The notes under the pieces: model-generated
The model's database searches: none
The model's input: only the letters and a program-made list of their open reading frames with translations
What the model was told of the DNA's origin: nothing
Shown here: piece after piece, positions 58,043 through 64,000 of the stretch
Layout of the letters: each line of letters begins with the position of its first letter
How positions within the stretch are numbered: position 1 is the stretch's first letter
Position numbers and translations under genes: made by a program
Assembly (NCBI GenBank): GCA_902492235.1
Contig: CABUKS010000006.1
Span: forward strand, 5,620 to 69,619
DNA: 64,000 nucleotides
Origin: an uncultured Collinsella sp.
GTDB taxonomy: Bacteria > Actinomycetota > Coriobacteriia > Coriobacteriales > Coriobacteriaceae
Direction of reading: 5' to 3'

Positions 58043-59854
58043 CTACTCGTCCACCTTGAGGATCGCCATAAAGGCCTCCTGCGGGACCTCGACTGAGCCG
58101 ATGGCCTTCATGCGCTTCTTGCCCTCTTTCTGCTTCTCGAGCAGCTTGCGCTTACGCGAGATATCGCCGCCGTAGCACTTTGCAAGCACGTCCTTGCGAC
58201 GCGCTTTGACGGTAGAACGGGCGATGATCTTGTTGCCGATAGCACCCTGGATGGGAACCTCGAACAGCTGACGCGGGATGATCTCCTTGAGCTTGTCGCA
58301 TAGGCCGCGGGCAAGACCGTAGGCCTTGTCCTTGTGAACGATAAACGACAGCGCGTCCACCTCGTCGCCCGAAAGCAAGATATCGAGCTTAACGAGCTCG
58401 GAGGGACGGTACTCGTTGAACTCGTAGTCCAACGAAGCGTAACCCTTGGTGCGGCTCTTGAGCTGGTCAAAGAAGTCCAAGATGAGTTCGGCGAGCGGCA
58501 TATCAAAGCGCATCTCGACCGATTTGCTCGTGAGATGGATCATGTCGGTCGTCACGCCGCGGTGCTCGATGGCGAGCTGCATGACGGCACCCGTATACTC
58601 GGGCGGACAGATGATCTTAGCCTTGAGGTACGGCTCCTCAATGCGCTCGATACGTGTGGCCTCGGGCAGGTCCTGCGGGCTGCGGACATCGATCATCTCG
58701 CCATCGGTCTTGTACACGTGATAGTCGACCGAAGGACTCGTGGCAATGAGGTCCAGGTTGAACTCACGTTCGAGACGCTCCTTAACGACCTCCATGTGCA
58801 GCAGGCCCAAGAAGCCCACGCGGAAGCCAAAGCCGAGCGCCACCGAGGTCTCGGGCTCCCACACCAACGACGGGTCGTTGACGTGCAGCTTATCAAGCGC
58901 GTCACGCAGGTTCTCGTAGTCCTTGTTATCGATCGGGAACAGGCCCGTATAGACCATGGGCTTGGCCTCGCGGTAACCGGGAAGCGGCTCGGGGCAGGGA
59001 TTCGACGCCCACGTGAGGGTATCGCCCACGCGAACGGCCTCGGGATCCTTCAGGCCCGTGACCACGTATCCGACCTCGCCGACCGTCAGCGCGTCGACCG
59101 GCGTCTCGGCGGGACGCTTGACGCCCACGCCATCGACCAAAAAGTCGCCCTTTGCCTGCATCATGCGCAAGGTATCGCCCTTTTTGATGGAGCCGTCAAA
59201 GATGCGCACCGTGGCGACGACGCCACGATACTCGTCGAAGTATGAATCCAGAATGAGTGCCTTGAGCGGCGCGTTCGCATCGCCCTTGGGCGGAGAGATC
59301 AAAAAGACAATGGACTCCAGCAGATCGTGGATGCCCTCGCCGGTCTTGCCCGAGACACACACGGCATCATCGGCAGGGATCGCCAGGTCATCCTCGATCT
59401 CGGTCTTAACCTCGTCGGGATGAGCCGAGGGCAGGTCAATCTTGTTGATGGCCGGCACAATGTCCAGATTGGCGTTCATGGCGAGCGTCGCGTTAGAGAC
59501 GGTCTGCGCCTCAACGCCCTGCGTGGCGTCGACAACGAGCACCGCGCCCTCACAGGCTGCCAGCGAGCGCGAGACCTCATAGGTAAAGTCCACGTGGCCC
59601 GGCGTATCGATCAGATTGAACTGATACGTCTCGCCATCGTCGGCGTCATAGGACACGCGAACGGCATTGGACTTGATCGTGATGCCGCGCTCGCGCTCGA
59701 TATCCATGGTGTCGAGCAGCTGCGACTCCATGTCGCGTTCGTCGACTGTATGGGTGAGTTCGAGGATACGGTCACTGATCGTGGACTTGCCATGGTCGAT
59801 GTGCGCAACGATTGAGAAGTTGCGGATGTGGGAAATGTCAATTGAAGTATTCAT
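58043..59854 (-). CDS. lepA: Elongation factor 4
   Basis: [35 protein letters not shown]. Confidence 0.99.
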   Translation of the reverse strand: MNTSIDISHIRNFSIVAHIDHGKSTISDRILELTHTVDERDMESQLLDTMDIERERGITIKSNAVRVSYDADDGETYQFNLIDTPGHVDFTYEVSRSLAACEGAVLVVDATQGVEAQTVSNATLAMNANLDIVPAINKIDLPSAHPDEVKTEIEDDLAIPADDAVCVSGKTGEGIHDLLESIVFLISPPKGDANAPLKALILDSYFDEYRGVVATVRIFDGSIKKGDTLRMMQAKGDFLVDGVGVKRPAETPVDALTVGEVGYVVTGLKDPEAVRVGDTLTWASNPCPEPLPGYREAKPMVYTGLFPIDNKDYENLRDALDKLHVNDPSLVWEPETSVALGFGFRVGFLGLLHMEVVKERLEREFNLDLIATSPSVDYHVYKTDGEMIDVRSPQDLPEATRIERIEEPYLKAKIICPPEYTGAVMQLAIEHRGVTTDMIHLTSKSVEMRFDMPLAELILDFFDQLKSRTKGYASLDYEFNEYRPSELVKLDILLSGDEVDALSFIVHKDKAYGLARGLCDKLKEIIPRQLFEVPIQGAIGNKIIARSTVKARRKDVLAKCYGGDISRKRKLLEKQKEGKKRMKAIGSVEVPQEAFMAILKVDE

Positions 59855-59879
59855 GCGGACTATCTTACCCGAGCGGTAC

Positions 59880-59917
59880 AAAAAATGGAGCCTGTTCCAT
59901 AAAACAGGCTCCATTTA
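59880..59917 (-). terminator. rpsT terminator
   Basis: AAATGGAGCCTGTT..AACAGGCTCCATTT stem with a T-tract on the minus strand. Confidence 0.85.
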
Positions 59918-59950
59918 TGCGCGTAATCTGTTTGGTGTGAAATTTACAAC

Positions 59951-60217
59951 TTAGGCGTTGATGCTGTTCACGAGCTTGGCAAGACCGGACTTGCGGTTGG
60001 AAGCCTGGTTCTTGTGGATAACATGCTTGGCAGCAGCCATATCGAGACGCTTGGTGACGGTCTTGAGGGCAGCCTGGGCCTTCTCGGCGTCGCCCTCGGC
60101 GACGGCGGACTGGACGTGCTTGGTCAGCGTCTTGAGCTCGGACTTGACAGCCTTGTTACGCATGCGAGCTGCCTCATTGGTGCGGATACGCTTCTTCTGA
60201 GACTTGATGTTTGCCAC
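59951..60217 (-). CDS. rpsT: 30S ribosomal protein S20
   Basis: [23 protein letters not shown] start. Confidence 0.97.
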   Translation of the reverse strand: MANIKSQKKRIRTNEAARMRNKAVKSELKTLTKHVQSAVAEGDAEKAQAALKTVTKRLDMAAAKHVIHKNQASNRKSGLAKLVNSINA

Positions 60218-60350
60218 TTCTGGAGTTCCTTTCGAGTTCCTTGCAAAAAATGTATGACACCTCTGAGACACGGTGAGGTCATGCAAGCGCCTACTATAGC
60301 ACGCTCCCCCTCAAAGGGATAGAACGAATTTGTCAAATAGGCAGGTATCA

Positions 60351-61313
60351 TCACGATTTTCTCAAGATGTTCGTAATCCAGAGCAAAAGCGCGGTCTGAG
60401 AATCGGCCGAACCCTTGAGCGCGAGCTCCACATCGACCGCCCCCTCGAGCGCTGCGACGAGCTCTGCCATCGAAAAGCGACGTGCCCAGGTCAGGTGATT
60501 CTTGACCTGCCAGGACTGGAGCTTGAGCGTTGCGGCCAGCTCACGACCCTGTCCGCGCGCGTCGAGCGCTTTGGCAACGATAAGCTCGCGAATGCGGCCG
60601 CACAGCAATGTGTACGTCCACACGTAGCTCTTAGCGGGAAGTAGATTGAAGAGCTCGAGCGAGCGGCGCATGTCACGGGCCGAGACCGCATTGAGAAAGT
60701 CCCAGGGTTGAACCTCGGCCGTACGTACAATCCAGCGCTCAACGTCGGCAAGCTCAATTTGCGGTGCCTCGACCATCTGGGCAAGCTTAGCCAAGTCGTT
60801 ATCGAGCATGCGAGTGTTTTCACCCGAACGCGAGACGAGTTCCTCGGCGGCCGCCGTCGAGATCGACTTGCCGTGCTGCGTCGCCATCTGCTGCACGCGG
60901 CGCGGAAGCTCCCAGCGCTTGGTGCCGGAGCAATCGATCACGGCCTTCTTGTCGATCTTGGCGATCGCCTTATACAGGCGCGTGTTCTTGGCAAGCGAGT
61001 CGGCGATGATAAGGCAAACCGTCGTGGGGCTGGGACTCGCCAGATAGTCGACAAGCGGCTCGGAGATCGCTTTGGCGAGTTTTGAGCAGCCGTCAAGGAT
61101 TACCAGGCGAAACTCGCTGCCCATGGGAAAGGTGTTGAGCGATCCGATAATCGACTCGATATCGGGGTCTTTGGTCATATCGCGCTCGTCGAGGTTGAAT
61201 TCGACCATGCCCGTCTTTTCCAGACGCGCCTTCATACGTGAGACAGCATGGTCGCGTTTGACTCCGTCGGTACCGACGATCAGATATGCCGGCAACAGAC
61301 CGGTTTCGGACAT
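60351..61313 (-). CDS. holA: DNA polymerase III delta subunit
   Basis: AYLIVG..FNL..TFPM..RLVI..N.L.KL..LKGS; follows comEC. Confidence 0.9.
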   Translation of the reverse strand: MSETGLLPAYLIVGTDGVKRDHAVSRMKARLEKTGMVEFNLDERDMTKDPDIESIIGSLNTFPMGSEFRLVILDGCSKLAKAISEPLVDYLASPSPTTVCLIIADSLAKNTRLYKAIAKIDKKAVIDCSGTKRWELPRRVQQMATQHGKSISTAAAEELVSRSGENTRMLDNDLAKLAQMVEAPQIELADVERWIVRTAEVQPWDFLNAVSARDMRRSLELFNLLPAKSYVWTYTLLCGRIRELIVAKALDARGQGRELAATLKLQSWQVKNHLTWARRFSMAELVAALEGAVDVELALKGSADSQTALLLWITNILRKS

Positions 61314-61391
61314 CGCGCTCCCCTCCCGCAGACCTTCGTATTCGTTCCGTGCCATTCTAGCCCAGGGGCCCACCACACGCCAACGACGTCC

Positions 61392-63695
61392 TCACGGTCG
61401 CTGGCATCGCATCGCAAAGCCATTCGCAGTCGGCATGACGGTAATGTCGCCGTGTTCGATAGTGCACGCGAACACGCCGCCCGCATCCTTAACGGCATCG
61501 ATGCAGGCATCGGACGGATGGCCGTATCGATTCCCCTCGCCCGCGCTCGCGAGGGAAAGCTCGGGCTTCAAGACGTCCAGCAACTCACCATCGACTGAAA
61601 CCTTAGAGCCGTGATGCCCAAGTTTAAGGACATCGATATCCCCCACCTCCTGCACGAATTCCCGTTCTTGGTCGAGCTCGGCATCGCCGGTGAGGAGCAT
61701 ACGCAGGCCCTTGCCTTCCTGAACATAAGAGAGCAGCAGGACAAGCGAGTCATCATTTCCCTCGCCATCCACGGACTCGAATGGCCACATCACGCGGGCG
61801 CAAAATGAGCCGATGTCGACCGTATCCCCAAGGCGCACCTGCCGATACTCAACGCCAGGTCGGTTCAATACCTCGGCAGGAGCATCCTCCAGCGCATCCG
61901 CCGCCACGGCAATCGTTCCGACCGAAAACCGTCCGAGCACGGCAGGCAGACCACCCCAGTGGTCCTCATCCCAATGCGTCACAAAGACGGCATCGATATG
62001 GTGCACGTTATTGCGAACCAACGCCGCTACCACGCGCTCGTCGAGCCCGCAGTCGACGAGTGCTACCGCGCCGCCCTGGCGGATAAGAATCGCATCCGCC
62101 TGGCCCACATCGAGCACCGTCACCGAAGGCGGAGCGAATCGATCCCAGTAGACGTACGGAATCGCAGCCAAGAGCACCAGGCATGCAAGCCCCACCGCCA
62201 TAGGACGTGCACGGGGACGCGGCCACCAGACCAGCAGAACCGCCAGCAAACACGGCACTAGGTAAATCCACACGCTATCGGGCGACACACTCACGGATGC
62301 ACCCGGCACGGCGGCAAACAGCTGCTCGAAGAACAGCGCGCAGCGGGCGGCAATCATGGGCACAATGAGCGCCCAAGTCCGCAAAGGTGCCACGAGCGAA
62401 AAGGGAACCATCACGATCGACACAGCAAGCAGTACGCTCACCACCGGGCCGATGACCGCATTTGCCAGCGGAGCAATGAGCGAGAACGTACCGAAGGCAG
62501 GAATGGTAATGGGAAGTGTCGCCAGTTGCGAGCACAACGTGACGGAAAGCATGCCGGCAACGCCCGATGGCACACCCAGCTCACCCAAAGCGTAGGTCGC
62601 ATAGGGGCAAAAGTACAGAATGGCTAAAACGCTGGCGCATGAAAGCTGAAAGCCCATCTCGAACAGCACCGTCGGCCGCAGTAGCACAAAGATGGACATG
62701 GTTACGAAGAGTGCCGATGCACCGTGCCGGCGACGCCCCGCGCCGTTTACGACAAGCGTCGCGAACACCATGCAGCACGCGCGCACGGCCGAGGGAGACG
62801 CGCCCGTAAAGGCAGCGTAGCCCACAAGCGTTACCGCCAATATCGCCCGCTGAAGACCACGTGAGCACCGAGTCTTTTGCAATACACCCTCGATTACAAA
62901 CCCCACGATAGCCAAATGGCTGCCCGAGACGGCGATAAGATGCGCCGTTCCCGTTACCGAAAACCAGTCGCCCGCCGGCTGGGCGCGTAGCTCGGCCGAA
63001 CGACCGCAGACGACACCGGCTATGAGCGCACGCGCCGGGTCGGTCGCAGGCGCGATGGACGCTAGCAGCCCATTTCGCAGCCGAAGCAGCGGCCCCGGAG
63101 AGCACTCGTCGACCGACACAATCCGAACGGCTTGAACCTTGCGCACCTCGCCTCGGAGCACGCGCGATCGTCCATATGGATCGTTCTCAAAACGTGAAAC
63201 GCGACCGATAACACGCACGTGCGCCCCGACCTTGAGCTCGCGGTCAAACGATAGACGAACCGTTGCCAAGTTCTTACCGTCCGCGCGTGCCTCGCAGGTA
63301 TAGGAATACACGTCGTCGTTTATGGATGGATCGCCCTGCACGACAAACTCGAGGCCGCTTGCCGCTCGAGCGTCGAGCGCCTTCGAGGCGTTGAGCGCGC
63401 CCGCAGCCCACCACGCCGAGACGACCGCTCCCGCCACGAGACCGACGGACGCGGCATACAGCCACCGCTTCCAAGGAGCAAGCGGTGCACAAAATTGAGC
63501 CAGCACAACGAATACCGCCGCCGCAACGGGAATGGCCCATAGCAGCCCGACCGCCGGCGCCTGCTCCCTCAGCAGCACATCAGCGGCCACGTTGAGCACC
63601 AAGGCGCAGCTCATGCACACGCCGGCACACAGGGCCATCGTCCACGGCATCAGGGGCCGCGGAGGCATCACATGCTCGCGCTCGGTCGCACTCAT
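61392..63695 (-). CDS. comEC: Competence DNA uptake channel ComEC/Rec2
   Basis: GTAHLIAVSGSH, GFQLS, LDVGQAD, THWDEDH, HHGS, NRYGHP. Confidence 0.93.
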   Translation of the reverse strand: MSATEREHVMPPRPLMPWTMALCAGVCMSCALVLNVAADVLLREQAPAVGLLWAIPVAAAVFVVLAQFCAPLAPWKRWLYAASVGLVAGAVVSAWWAAGALNASKALDARAASGLEFVVQGDPSINDDVYSYTCEARADGKNLATVRLSFDRELKVGAHVRVIGRVSRFENDPYGRSRVLRGEVRKVQAVRIVSVDECSPGPLLRLRNGLLASIAPATDPARALIAGVVCGRSAELRAQPAGDWFSVTGTAHLIAVSGSHLAIVGFVIEGVLQKTRCSRGLQRAILAVTLVGYAAFTGASPSAVRACCMVFATLVVNGAGRRRHGASALFVTMSIFVLLRPTVLFEMGFQLSCASVLAILYFCPYATYALGELGVPSGVAGMLSVTLCSQLATLPITIPAFGTFSLIAPLANAVIGPVVSVLLAVSIVMVPFSLVAPLRTWALIVPMIAARCALFFEQLFAAVPGASVSVSPDSVWIYLVPCLLAVLLVWWPRPRARPMAVGLACLVLLAAIPYVYWDRFAPPSVTVLDVGQADAILIRQGGAVALVDCGLDERVVAALVRNNVHHIDAVFVTHWDEDHWGGLPAVLGRFSVGTIAVAADALEDAPAEVLNRPGVEYRQVRLGDTVDIGSFCARVMWPFESVDGEGNDDSLVLLLSYVQEGKGLRMLLTGDAELDQEREFVQEVGDIDVLKLGHHGSKVSVDGELLDVLKPELSLASAGEGNRYGHPSDACIDAVKDAGGVFACTIEHGDITVMPTANGFAMRCQRP

Positions 63696-64000
63696 ACGCA
63701 GATGCAATCTTTGATTTTGGCAAGCTTCTTCTCGCCGATTCCCGACACACGCATCAGATCGTCAACCGAGGCAAAAGCACCGTTCTTTGTCCGTTCATCG
63801 ATAATCGACTGGGCCATGGAGGGACCGATGCCCGAGAGCGTCTGCAGCTCTACCGCGCTTGCCGTATTGATGTTTACTAGGCCTGTTGCGCCACTCACGC
63901 CCGATGATGTGGAAGCCCCACCATCAACACCGGCTTCCGCAATGGACGCCTGCTGCTCCCCTACCGTTGGAACATGGATTTTTTGTCCATCAGTGACCTT
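63692..64000 (-). CDS. comEA: ComEA DNA receptor, C-terminal part (runs off the window)
   Basis: VNINTAS..LQTLSGIGP..A..II..R..G.F..VDDL..V.GIG HhH; frame stays open to the edge. Confidence 0.9.
   Translation of the reverse strand, partial: KVTDGQKIHVPTVGEQQASIAEAGVDGGASTSSGVSGATGLVNINTASAVELQTLSGIGPSMAQSIIDERTKNGAFASVDDLMRVSGIGEKKLAKIKDCICV

Overview
High-GC chromosomal segment of a Coriobacteriaceae gut bacterium, almost certainly Collinsella (it carries the C. aerofaciens-type 7beta-hydroxysteroid dehydrogenase). Most of the window is housekeeping: cmk-plsC-ispH-DUF512-der-plsY-gpsA-rpe-iscS-nif3-coaBC on +, then lexA/nrdR/dut, hflX-miaA-miaB, rny, recA/recX, rimO, ftsK, rnj, pnp, rpsO, era/ybeY/phoH, two dnaJ, hemW, lepA, rpsT, holA and comEC/comEA, mostly on -. 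Gene orientation flips around 20-27 kb, and a dif-like 28-mer lies at 21083-21110, so the window probably spans the replication terminus. Accessory or unexplained DNA: (i) a ~3.7 kb integrase-less island at tRNA-Pro(GGG), bounded by a degenerate copy of the tRNA 3' end and carrying 7beta-HSDH, a divergent HTH/WYL-like gene and a GGCT remnant; (ii) five copies, at two intergenic loci (23.5-23.9 kb and 45.1-45.5 kb), of a hairpin element with a conserved, covarying asymmetric core and locus-specific near-perfect outer arms, which is the most novel-looking signal; (iii) a shared palindrome linking DUF1836 to degV; (iv) an orphan GHKL ATPase in the RNase Y operon and a membrane-tailed DnaJ. All calls come from reading the sequence and motif recall; no database search was run.
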